The position numbers and the translations under genes are program-made. The notes under the pieces were generated by a model that saw nothing but the letters and a program-made list of their open reading frames with translations, was not told where the DNA came from and ran no database searches. This document shows, piece by piece, positions 35,242 through 43,834 of a stretch of 64,000 bases of DNA (its first letter is position 1; each line of letters begins with the position of its first letter). The DNA comes from Thermoanaerobaculia bacterium (lineage in GTDB: Bacteria; Acidobacteriota; Thermoanaerobaculia; UBA5066): assembly GCA_038245905.1 (NCBI GenBank), contig JBBRRY010000001.1:32001-96000 (forward strand), read 5' to 3'.

Positions 35242-36884
35242 AGGGCGGCCCGCGGGTCCTTGTCGTCGACGACCAGCCGAAGACCGCCGATTTTCTCCGC
35301 CGCCACGCGCCGGATCTCGTCCTCATCGGCCCGTCCGCGGAAAAGCCCTGGGCGGGAAGCTGGGTCGAGGCCGAGGCGGCGATGACGCGCGCCGGAAAGC
35401 TCCCCGATCTCGTCGTGCTCGATCTTCGATTCGACATCCCGGACGAGGAGCTTCTGCCCGACCGGCGGCCGCTCGGCGAGACGGCGGCGGGGAAGCGCGA
35501 CCGGCGGGACCGGCGGGACCGGCAGGGTCTTTTCATCCTCGAGCGCCTGCGCCGCCGCGAGCCCGACCTTCCGGTCCTTCTCACGACCGCGCACGAGGAA
35601 ATTCCCTTCGAGGACGAGGCCCGGCGGCTGCGCGCCGACGCCTTCACGTACACGGTCGGAGAGGACGAGGCGACGGGAGAGGGCCTCGTGCGGCTCGTGC
35701 GCCGCGTGCTCGACGAGCGCGAGTCGCCGCTTTCGACGGGGCGGTTCTTCTGGGGCCGCAGCGCCGCCATGCGCGACCTGCGCCGCCGGATCGCTTCTCT
35801 CGCGCCCACTCCTCTTCCGCTCCTCCTCACGGGGCCGACCGGCTCTGGCAAAAACTTTCTCGTTAAGGAAGTCATCCACCCGCTTTCGTCCCGCAAGGGC
35901 CCGCTCGTCTCCTTCGATTGCGCGACCGTGCCTGAGACGCTCCTTCAGGCGGCGCTCTTCGGCTCGGTGCGCGGCGCGTACACGGGCTCGGTCGCGGATC
36001 GGCCGGGGGTCTTCGAGGCGGCGGCGGGAGGCACACTCTTCATCGACGAGATCGAGAACCTCTCCGGCGATGCGCAGAAGGCTCTCCTGACGGCACTGAA
36101 CGACGGCGTCGTGAGGCGCGTGGGGGCGACGGCGGCTGTGCCCCACACGGCGCGCATCGTGGCGGCCTCCAACATGGACCTCAAGAAGCGCGTGACGGAA
36201 GGTCTCTTCCGGGCGGATCTCCTCATGCGGCTCAACCCGGCGCTCGCCCTGGAGCTGCCGCCGCTCGCGACGCGGCGCGAGGACCTCGAGGATCTCGCGG
36301 ACGACTTCGCCGCGGCGTTCTTCGAGGACCCGGCGAATCGGCTGGAGATCGCGGCGCAGATGCGCGCCGCGGGAGGATCCGAGCCGGACCGGACGGACAC
36401 GTTCGAGCTCGCGCGCGGCGACGACGAGGTGGCGCGCAGCCGGGCGCCCGTGGTATTCGCGCTTCCTCGCAAGGGATGGCAGGCGATCGCGCGCCACCCG
36501 TGGCCCGGCAACGTGCGGCAGTTCGCGATGGTCCTCGCGGACCTGCTCGCGGCCACTCTGTACGGCCGCACGGCCGCCGCGAAGGACCGGAGCGGCCGCG
36601 TCGTGTTCTCGATCGACCCGCGCCTCCTGTTCGATCTCCTGGCCGAGGCCCGTCAGGAGGACGCGCCCGCCGCCGTTGACTCCTTCGTGCTCGCGCGGCC
36701 CCGGGTGGGAAGCGTCGAGGAGTTCCGACGCGAGCTCGAGCGTTCCGCGTTTCGCCAGATCTTCCACGAGTGCGAGGGAGACTTCGCTCGAATGGCGGAG
36801 AGAATGACCGGCTCGGCCGCGAACGAACGAGCCGTGCGCCTGCGATTCAACAAGCTGGGCCTCTCGGCGCGGCGCGAGGCGTGA
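35238..36884 (+). CDS. atypical sigma-54-interacting response regulator (REC with insertion, AAA+, HTH)
   Basis: VLVVDD..VVLDLRFD; GPTGSGKN; LFGSVRGAYTGS; LFIDEIE; FRADLLMRLN; WPGNVRQF. Confidence 0.88.
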   Translation: MKGGPRVLVVDDQPKTADFLRRHAPDLVLIGPSAEKPWAGSWVEAEAAMTRAGKLPDLVVLDLRFDIPDEELLPDRRPLGETAAGKRDRRDRRDRQGLFILERLRRREPDLPVLLTTAHEEIPFEDEARRLRADAFTYTVGEDEATGEGLVRLVRRVLDERESPLSTGRFFWGRSAAMRDLRRRIASLAPTPLPLLLTGPTGSGKNFLVKEVIHPLSSRKGPLVSFDCATVPETLLQAALFGSVRGAYTGSVADRPGVFEAAAGGTLFIDEIENLSGDAQKALLTALNDGVVRRVGATAAVPHTARIVAASNMDLKKRVTEGLFRADLLMRLNPALALELPPLATRREDLEDLADDFAAAFFEDPANRLEIAAQMRAAGGSEPDRTDTFELARGDDEVARSRAPVVFALPRKGWQAIARHPWPGNVRQFAMVLADLLAATLYGRTAAAKDRSGRVVFSIDPRLLFDLLAEARQEDAPAAVDSFVLARPRVGSVEEFRRELERSAFRQIFHECEGDFARMAERMTGSAANERAVRLRFNKLGLSARREA

Positions 36885-36886
36885 GC

Positions 36887-39337
36887 ATGTGGCAGGCAAT
36901 CCTGCCGCTCGTTCCATTCCTCCTGGCCACTGGCACCGCGACCTCGCCGGAGCCGTGCGACGACGCATTCTCGTCGCGAGACCTCGTCCGCCGGGCGCGG
37001 CTTGAGTCCCCCTCGCTTCCACTCGTGCTCCGGGGGGCGGACTTCGCGGCAGCCGCGGGAGATACGGACGACGAAGCCCGCCTTCTCGAGATCGCCGCGA
37101 AGGAAGCCCCCGAGCTCCTCTCGGCGGTGGATCGCCTCGTGCTGGCGCGGCAAGCGGAAGCGCGCGGGGACCGACGCGGCGCGATCCTCCAGTACGGGCA
37201 CGTGCTGACGGCGTTGCAGCGGCGCGGACTCGCCGGCGCGGAATGGGTGGGGGAGTCCATACGCCGGCTCGATGCCGAGGACGAGGCTCGGAAGCTCCCG
37301 GCCAGGCCCGGCTTCGCGCCTCCCTCCGCGGAAGCACGGCGCGCGTTTTCCGAGGGGAAGGCTGGACTCCGGCGCGGCACGAACACGTCCAACGCTTCCG
37401 CCCGCGAGGCCTTCAAGACGGCGCTCCGGATCTCACCGGGCTACTCGGAGGCCGCCCTCGCGCTCGGAAGCGTCGAGGAACGGGACGGGCGCACGGCCGA
37501 GGCCGCCGCCGCGTACCGGACGGCCCTGGCCGCCGACCCGGACGGCTTCGAGGCGCTCACGGCGCTCGCGAATCTGCTCTGGAACGAACCGGATCGCGCT
37601 GCCAAGGAAGAATCCCTGGCGCTGCTCGACCGCGCGCTGGCGCTACGGCCGGACCTCTTGCGCCTCCACCGCGAGGCCGCAAACCGGTGGGCGGCGTGGG
37701 GTGATCCGGCCCGTGCGCTCGAGCGTCTCGACGCCTGGTGGCCGCTTGCCTCCCCGGAGGAACGGACGGCGGCCGCCCCCTTTCGCGAACGCTTGCGCGC
37801 GCGGCTGGCACGGACGTTCGGCCCCGAGCCGGCCGATCTCGGGTCGGATCCCGCGTCACCGGCCGTCGGCGCCTTTCGCCTCGCTCAGGTCTATGCAGGC
37901 CGCCCGGCGGAGCGGGACTGGGATGCCGCGGAAGGCGAGCTGCTCGAGGCCGAGCGCCTCGATGCGCGGTTCGTGCCGGCGCTCGAGCTTCGCGCGGCCC
38001 TTCGCGAACGGAAGGGCGACCTCCCGGGCGCGGAGGACGTCCTCCGGCGCGCGGTTGCGGTGGACCCGTCGCGAACGCCCGCGTGGGAGCGCCTCGCCGA
38101 GCTCCTCGGCCGCCAGCCGCGGCGCGCGGAGGACGCCGAGGCGGCCTGGGAGCACGCGGAGCAGGCGGGCTCCCGCGAGGCGCTTTTCGCCCTGGCCCGG
38201 ATCGCATCGGGGCAAGGGCGCACCCTCCGCGCCGCGGCGCTCTATCGGCGCTACGTTTCGGAAGCCGCCGGCGGCGTGCATGCCGAGGAGGCGCGCGCGG
38301 CCCTCGAGCGCGAGGAGCGGCGGCAGCAGACGCTTCGGGGCGCGGGATTCGGGGCCGCGCTGTTCGCGCTGCTCGCGGGAGGCCTCTCCTGGGCGCGGAG
38401 ACGCTCGGGGCTCACGCTCGACGAATGGCTGAGGCGCGACCCGGGCGCCACGCACGACGCGCGGTCCCTTGCGGGCCGGCTTTCACACGAAGCGTTCAAG
38501 CACGGAGGGCTGCTCCTCGGCGAAGCGGTCGAGCGGCTGGACACGCCGGGTGGCCTCGCCGAGGCCGCTCCTCTGCTCCTCGAGCGCTTGTACGGGAGCG
38601 GCGCCACGCCGGGGCTCGTCGACGAGGCGCGAACGGCGCTGGCCGAGATCGAAGCGCTGGCCCGCCGCCGGGGCGCGCGCCTGAACCTGCGCTTCAAGGA
38701 TCCGCTTCTCTCTCCGGTGTTCCGCGCGCTCGACGGTCTCACCCGGGTAGAGCGCGCCTTCGTGCGGCTCGCGGAGACCGGCTTGCTGCCGGCCCGGCGG
38801 ATGGAATCCCTGGCGCGGACGCTCCGCTCGGCGGCCGCGGCTCTGAGCCCGCGCACGGCGCAAAGGCTGACGGCGGGTCTCGACGCGGCGGGCTCCACGG
38901 AAGTCCGGTTCGACCGTCTCGAGGCGCTTCTCGCGAGCGTCGCGCGCGAACGCGATTCTCCGCCGCCCCCCCTTGCGGGCCTCGGTCTGTTCGCGCCGGG
39001 AGGCGGGGGGAGCGTGCGGGTGCGCGTGCCCGAGGGAGACTGGGTCACGCTTTGGCGGAATCTTTTCGCGAACGCGCTCACGGCTCCGCGCCTCGCCCTT
39101 CTCGCCGAGGAGAGGCGGGATCCCGTGACGGGGCAGGCGCTCGCGCGATTCGTGCTTTTCGACGGCGACCCCCGCGTCCTGACGGCGGAGATGATCCGCG
39201 GCCGCGGCGCCGAGAGGGGGCTCGGCGTCGTCGCGGACCTCGTGAGGAAGTGGGACGGCCTCGTGGACGTAACGCCGGGTACGGGTGAGTTCACGAAGGG
39301 CGTGACGCTCGAGTTTGCGTCGGTCGAGGAGCCCTAA
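36887..39337 (+). CDS. TPR-repeat membrane sensor with divergent histidine kinase domain
   Basis: Signal peptide; many TPRs; single TM (GFGAALFALLAGGLSW); LSHEAFKH H-box; WRNLFANAL N-box; FDGD; GAERGLGVV..WDG..KGVTLEF. Confidence 0.8.
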   Translation: MWQAILPLVPFLLATGTATSPEPCDDAFSSRDLVRRARLESPSLPLVLRGADFAAAAGDTDDEARLLEIAAKEAPELLSAVDRLVLARQAEARGDRRGAILQYGHVLTALQRRGLAGAEWVGESIRRLDAEDEARKLPARPGFAPPSAEARRAFSEGKAGLRRGTNTSNASAREAFKTALRISPGYSEAALALGSVEERDGRTAEAAAAYRTALAADPDGFEALTALANLLWNEPDRAAKEESLALLDRALALRPDLLRLHREAANRWAAWGDPARALERLDAWWPLASPEERTAAAPFRERLRARLARTFGPEPADLGSDPASPAVGAFRLAQVYAGRPAERDWDAAEGELLEAERLDARFVPALELRAALRERKGDLPGAEDVLRRAVAVDPSRTPAWERLAELLGRQPRRAEDAEAAWEHAEQAGSREALFALARIASGQGRTLRAAALYRRYVSEAAGGVHAEEARAALEREERRQQTLRGAGFGAALFALLAGGLSWARRRSGLTLDEWLRRDPGATHDARSLAGRLSHEAFKHGGLLLGEAVERLDTPGGLAEAAPLLLERLYGSGATPGLVDEARTALAEIEALARRRGARLNLRFKDPLLSPVFRALDGLTRVERAFVRLAETGLLPARRMESLARTLRSAAAALSPRTAQRLTAGLDAAGSTEVRFDRLEALLASVARERDSPPPPLAGLGLFAPGGGGSVRVRVPEGDWVTLWRNLFANALTAPRLALLAEERRDPVTGQALARFVLFDGDPRVLTAEMIRGRGAERGLGVVADLVRKWDGLVDVTPGTGEFTKGVTLEFASVEEP

Positions 39338-39816
39338 TGAAGGCGCTCCGGCGGGTCCTTGTCGTGGAGGACGGGTCGGAATACGTGGAAGGGTTCGAAA
39401 GGATCGCTTCCGCGCGCGGGCTGGAGATCGCCTTCTCGCGCGCCCAGGATCTCGAATCGGCTCGCGCCGCGCTGGCGTCCGGCAGCCGCGACGCGCTGTT
39501 TCTCGACGTCGTCTTCGACCGCACGCCCGAGGATCGCCTCGCGGGAGACGCGGAAGCCCTCGTGGCGCGCTTTGGAGGGGACCGCGTCCGCGCCATGCGC
39601 CACCTGGCGACGCACCAGGGCTTCTACGTCCTCGACGCTCTCGCCCCTCTTCTGCCCTGGATTCCAGTTCTCATCGCGTACGACTTCGCCGCGGAGCCAC
39701 AGCGTCTCGAGGCCCTCAGAGGTCGCGTCCGGGGGCTTCGCGGCCTCCCGGACGGCACGTCACTTTCCGCGGTGCTGGACCTTCTCCTCAGATCTCCTGA
39801 AACACGAACCGATTGA
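39337..39816 (+). CDS. single-domain receiver-like protein with insertion
   Basis: RVLVVEDG..DALFLDVVFD..QGFYVLDAL..IPVLI; TAATG coupling to the kinase. Confidence 0.75.
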   Translation: MKALRRVLVVEDGSEYVEGFERIASARGLEIAFSRAQDLESARAALASGSRDALFLDVVFDRTPEDRLAGDAEALVARFGGDRVRAMRHLATHQGFYVLDALAPLLPWIPVLIAYDFAAEPQRLEALRGRVRGLRGLPDGTSLSAVLDLLLRSPETRTD

Positions 39817-40846
39817 GGACCTGAATCCGCTCCGAGGCGTGCTTGGGGTCCATGAGCCAGATCGCCCCCGCGACGGACGAGAGGAGCGAATTGCCGTCCT
39901 GAGGAGTGAAGCAGAAGCCGACGATCTCCTTGCCCTTGTCGGCGATGGCGAGGGTCGGCGTCGAGATGACGGTCTGCGACAGGATGCGTCCGTAGTACCC
40001 GTGATCGCGGCCGAACGAGAAAACTTCGTTCGCGCTCTTTCTCTCCGTGAGCGCGACGAGCGAGTTCTCCTTGAGATGCTCGATCACGGTCCTCTTGTCG
40101 GTGGGCTTCGTGAGCTCGAAGTTGAACCACACCGAGTGCATGTACTGCGTATTCAGCTTCACGGCCGACGAGAACACCTTCGGCTTCAGGTTCAGCGTCT
40201 CGTAGAGATGGAAGACGTCGCGGGCGTGGTGCGTCCCGAATTCCTCGTCGTCGTGCTTGCCGACGGTGGGCGCCGGGCTGTAATCCTTCGTCTGCGAGAT
40301 ATCGTTCGAGCGGCGCATGCAGACGAACTGCGCGCGGTCCATCGTGAGCTTGTCGCCGGCCATGCCGAGCGTCTTGATCAGGATCGCGAGGTTGTGCGTG
40401 TTGCACGACACGATCTCCAGAAATCTGTCTTCTCCGGGAATGAGCGCCGAGTCGTTGATCCCGCGCGCGTACATCTTCCCGAAACCGAACTCCGACCCCT
40501 GCGCGAGGAACCCGCGAGGACCTTTGAGGTGCTTGTAGTACGTCTCCTTGTTCTCGTTCCCCGCCGGCGTGCAGTCGATGACGACCGTCGCGCGTTCCAT
40601 CGCCTCCTGGGCGGTGTAGGAGACTTTGTGGCCGAGCGCTTCGAAGTCGGCGGACTTGTCGTCCTCGGTCGCGAGGTGAGCGCCGCGCGACATGAGGTGG
40701 GCCACCTTCGCCCGCTCGGTCTTCATCGGCGTGCGCTTGTGGAACGTCACTTCGTCGATCCCGAGGTGCTGCTTGAAGTCGGTAAAGAGCCCGATGAGGG
40801 GCTCTCCGATCGTCCCGGTGCCGACAATGTGCACGATGTTCTTCAT
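39788..40846 (-). CDS. archaeal-type (class II) glyceraldehyde-3-phosphate dehydrogenase homologue
   Basis: GTGTIG, VVIDCTP, AQGSE, IVSCNTH, MRRSND, THHARDV parallel the class II GAPDH motifs (DCTP, QGGE, VSCNTT, RRxxDP, SHHGPDV); GAGGAG RBS. Confidence 0.75.
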   Translation of the reverse strand: MKNIVHIVGTGTIGEPLIGLFTDFKQHLGIDEVTFHKRTPMKTERAKVAHLMSRGAHLATEDDKSADFEALGHKVSYTAQEAMERATVVIDCTPAGNENKETYYKHLKGPRGFLAQGSEFGFGKMYARGINDSALIPGEDRFLEIVSCNTHNLAILIKTLGMAGDKLTMDRAQFVCMRRSNDISQTKDYSPAPTVGKHDDEEFGTHHARDVFHLYETLNLKPKVFSSAVKLNTQYMHSVWFNFELTKPTDKRTVIEHLKENSLVALTERKSANEVFSFGRDHGYYGRILSQTVISTPTLAIADKGKEIVGFCFTPQDGNSLLSSVAGAIWLMDPKHASERIQVLNRFVFQEI

Positions 40847-40902
40847 GACGCTCTCCTCGCGAAGCCTGAGGCGTAGTGGCCTCGCATGCTAACGTGATTT
40901 CG

Positions 40903-41544
40903 ATGACGGAGCGCGCCCCGCCGAGCCTATTGTCCCTCGAAATTCCGGGCCCGGCGGGCTCGCTGGAGGCCCTCCTCCGCATTCCGGCGGCCCCGGCCGG
41001 AGCCGCGCTCGTCGCGCATCCGCATCCGAGCCACGGCGGCACGATGCACACGAAGGTCGTGCATCGGGCGGCCCGTCTCCTCTCGGAACGGTTCCGCCTG
41101 GAAGCGCTCCGGTTCAACTTCCGGGGAGTCGGGGCGTCGGCGGGGGAGTACGACGGCGGAGCCGGCGAGACGGAGGATGTCGTCGCGGCCGCCGCATGGC
41201 TCCGCGCGCGCCTCCCGAACGGGCCGTTCGTGCTCGCCGGCTTCTCGTTCGGCTCGCTCTGCGTTTTACGTGCGGCGACTCGCGTGGCTCCGCAAGTCCT
41301 GCTTCTGATCGGCGTTCCGATCGACAGGTGGGACGCCGCGGGGGAGGTTCCGCCGGCGACGCGCGTCGTGTGGATTCAGGGCGAGAACGACGAATTCAGC
41401 GCGGCCGCGCGTGCTGGCGAGATCGCCGCAGCACGCGGATGGACGTTTCGCGTCGTACCCGGTGCGGACCACTTCTTCTCCGAACGACTCGATGAGTTCG
41501 AGAGCGCGGCGACGGATGCCCTCGCTGAAGGGCTTTCGGGATGA
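40903..41544 (+). CDS. alpha/beta hydrolase
   Basis: HPHPSHGGTM, RFNFRGVGAS, GFSFG, QGENDE, GADHFF. Confidence 0.92.
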   Translation: MTERAPPSLLSLEIPGPAGSLEALLRIPAAPAGAALVAHPHPSHGGTMHTKVVHRAARLLSERFRLEALRFNFRGVGASAGEYDGGAGETEDVVAAAAWLRARLPNGPFVLAGFSFGSLCVLRAATRVAPQVLLLIGVPIDRWDAAGEVPPATRVVWIQGENDEFSAAARAGEIAAARGWTFRVVPGADHFFSERLDEFESAATDALAEGLSG

Positions 41545-42083
41545 TGGCTTCGGAGGAGGAAAGAGAGATTCTTAGAAAGGTCGCCCGGGATGCGGCGGCC
41601 CGCGCGATGGGGCAGCGGCCTGTGGCACTGCCGGAAATCCCTGAGGGAAGCACCCTCCTTCAGCCGGCGCCCGTGTTCGTCACGTGGAGAAGAGACGGGC
41701 GCCTGCGGGGCCGGAGCGGAACGACGGCACCCGACGCCGCACTCCTCGCCCTGGTGACGAAGCACGCCGTCGACGCTCTCTTGCACGACCCGCGCGTCCC
41801 CCCTGCGACGGCGACGGAGCTCCCGCGTCTCGTGCCCGAGATCAGCATCCTCTCGCCCTTCGAAGAAATCTTCGGGGCCGAAGGCCTCCTTGCCGGTATT
41901 CACGGCGTCCTCGTGGAGAAGGGAAAACGCCGTGGCGTCCTCTTGCCGCAGGACGCCACGGGCTTCGCCTGGGGCGGCGCGCAAATGCTGTCGCAGGCCT
42001 GCCTCAGAGCGGGACTTCCGGAGGAGAGCTGGCAGGCTCCGGGCCGCCCGCGTCTCCTCCGGTTCACCGCAGACGTGTTCTGA
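41541..42083 (+). CDS. amrA: AMMECR1 family protein (AmmeMemoRadiSam protein A)
   Basis: VFVTW..GRLRG, DPRVPP, EISILSP, HGVLV..GVLLPQ, ACLRAGL. Confidence 0.82.
   Translation: MMASEEEREILRKVARDAAARAMGQRPVALPEIPEGSTLLQPAPVFVTWRRDGRLRGRSGTTAPDAALLALVTKHAVDALLHDPRVPPATATELPRLVPEISILSPFEEIFGAEGLLAGIHGVLVEKGKRRGVLLPQDATGFAWGGAQMLSQACLRAGLPEESWQAPGRPRLLRFTADVF
41552..41873. repeat. dispersed motif, cluster 4: + copy 41552-41580; - copy 41849-41873
   Basis: GAAAGAGAGATTCTTAGAAAGG; rc GAAGATTTCTTCGAAGGGCGAGAGG. Confidence 0.75.
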
Positions 42084-42088
42084 AGGGA

Positions 42089-42823
42089 CTACTTCTCGAT
42101 CGAGAGGAGCTCGACGTCGAACACGAGAGTCGCACCACCCTTGATCCGCGGTGCGCGCCCCTCGTCGCCGTACGCGAGGTCGGACGGGCAGACGAGACGC
42201 GCCTTCCCGCCTTCCTTCATGAGCTGAAGGCCCTGGGTCCAGCACGGGATGACGCCGGTCACCGCGAAGGTCACGGGCTCGCCGCGCTCGATGGAGCTGT
42301 CGAAGACGGTTCCGTCGATGAGCGCGCCGCGGTAGTGCACCTTGACCTTGTCCGTTGCCTTCGGGGCCGCGCCCGTGCCAGCCTTCACTTCCTTGTAGAC
42401 GAAGCCGGTCGGCTGCCTGACGGCGCCAGGCTGGGCGGCCTCCTTCGCAATGAAGGCCGCGCCGGCCTTCTTTTCGCCGACGGAAGCCGCACCGAGGCGG
42501 CCCTTCGCGAACTCCTGCAGCTTCGGGCCGTATATCGCGAGATCGACCTTCGGGGGGCGACCGAGGACGCCGTCCGTGATGCCCTCCTGCACGGAGGCCA
42601 GCTCTGCGGCGGTCAGCTTGAGCGGACCAAGGTTCTGGCTCATCACGAGACCGATCGCGTAGAGCGTCTTGCCGCTCTCGGTGGCGGGGCGCGCGCCCGG
42701 CGCCCTGGCGGAGGCGGCTTTTGTGGCGGCCGGCTTGACGGGATCGGCCTTCGCGGCTTCCTCGGCGAAAGCGGGAACCGCGGTGGACAGAAGAAGGGCG
42801 GAGGCGATGAGCGTTCGCCGCAT
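42089..42823 (-). CDS. fkpA: FKBP-type peptidyl-prolyl cis-trans isomerase
   Basis: Signal peptide; YAIG N-domain; VKVHYRGALIDGTVFDSS, VIPCWTQGL, LAYG, TLVFDVELL. Confidence 0.92.
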   Translation of the reverse strand: MRRTLIASALLLSTAVPAFAEEAAKADPVKPAATKAASARAPGARPATESGKTLYAIGLVMSQNLGPLKLTAAELASVQEGITDGVLGRPPKVDLAIYGPKLQEFAKGRLGAASVGEKKAGAAFIAKEAAQPGAVRQPTGFVYKEVKAGTGAAPKATDKVKVHYRGALIDGTVFDSSIERGEPVTFAVTGVIPCWTQGLQLMKEGGKARLVCPSDLAYGDEGRAPRIKGGATLVFDVELLSIEK

Positions 42824-42885
42824 GGGATGAGATCCTCGCTTTTCGTTTGATGACGGCCCGAAGGGCGCGGCCGAAGAAGGGGATT

Positions 42886-43782
42886 CTATCCCGGAGATGC
42901 CGGGCGGCGGGTCAATATCTGAAGGAGAACCCCCGCGGCGACGGCCGCGTTCAGGGATTCGACACGGCCCAGGAGCGGAACGGTCACGCGATGATCGAGG
43001 GCCGCCGCGAGCTCAGGCGAGATTCCGTGACCCTCGGAGCCGATCACAAGGGCGATCGGGCGGACTCCGGCCATCGCCTCGGGCGCGGTGCCGCCACGGG
43101 CCTCTGCGCCAATCAGGGCAATCCCGTTCGCACGCGCAAAGACGACGGTCTCTGAAGCCGCGACGCGGGTGGCGACCGGAAGGCGAAAGGCGCTGCCCGC
43201 GGACGCTCGCAGGGCGCGCGGGGAAAACGGCGACGCGGAACCCGGTGTGAGGAGCGCGGCCGCGGCACCGAACGCTTCACCGCTGCGCAGAATCGCCCCC
43301 ACGTTCACGGGGTCCTGGATGTCGTCCAGGATGAGAAACAAGAGAGAAGAGAAAGATTTCTTTGAAGGTAATGAGGAAGGAGAAAGAGAAGAAGAAGATT
43401 TCTTAGAGGGTAATTCGGGAAAGAGGGAAGCCAGGGTTCGGCTCGGTGGAGACGCGAGCGCGACGACGCCGCGTGTTGAGGGAAGAGCGGAGAGTTTCTG
43501 GAGGACGCGCGCGCTGACCGCCGTCACCCGCGGCGACGGCGTCGCTCTCCGCGCATCGCCTTCCCCTCTTACCCTTCTAAGAAAATCCTTCTCTTCCTCT
43601 TCTCCTTCCTTGTCTTCTCCCAATTCCTTCCGAACAAACACTTCCTCGATCCGGATTCCCGCATCGAGCGCGTCCTCGATCATTCTCCGGCCCTCGAGCA
43701 GCATGGAGGCGCCGCTCGCGGCGGCCTTCACGGCCGCCGCGATGCGGGGATTCGAGGGCGCGTCGATCCGCGTGGTCGTCAA
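42886..43782 (-). CDS. TrmH/SPOUT family RNA methyltransferase with two low-complexity insertions
   Basis: SNPRI, LLEG, IQDPVNVGAILRS, RASAG, IGSEGHG, VESLNAAVA; start estimated at TTG 43782. Confidence 0.9.
   Translation of the reverse strand: MTTTRIDAPSNPRIAAAVKAAASGASMLLEGRRMIEDALDAGIRIEEVFVRKELGEDKEGEEEEKDFLRRVRGEGDARRATPSPRVTAVSARVLQKLSALPSTRGVVALASPPSRTLASLFPELPSKKSSSSLSPSSLPSKKSFSSLLFLILDDIQDPVNVGAILRSGEAFGAAAALLTPGSASPFSPRALRASAGSAFRLPVATRVAASETVVFARANGIALIGAEARGGTAPEAMAGVRPIALVIGSEGHGISPELAAALDHRVTVPLLGRVESLNAAVAAGVLLQILTRRPASPG
43341..43620. repeat. dispersed motif, cluster 5 (in the TrmH-family gene): + copies 43351, 43391; - copy 43561-43591; long GA tracts
   Basis: GAAAGATTTCTTTGAAGGTAATGAGG; GAAGAAGATTTCTTAGAGGGTAAT; rc GAAGGATTTTCTTAGAAGGGTAAGAGGGG. 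Confidence 0.85.
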
Positions 43783-43834
43783 GACCTCCCGAGAATACCG
43801 TCCCGGCCCGCGCCCGTGCTCTAATCCGCGCCGC

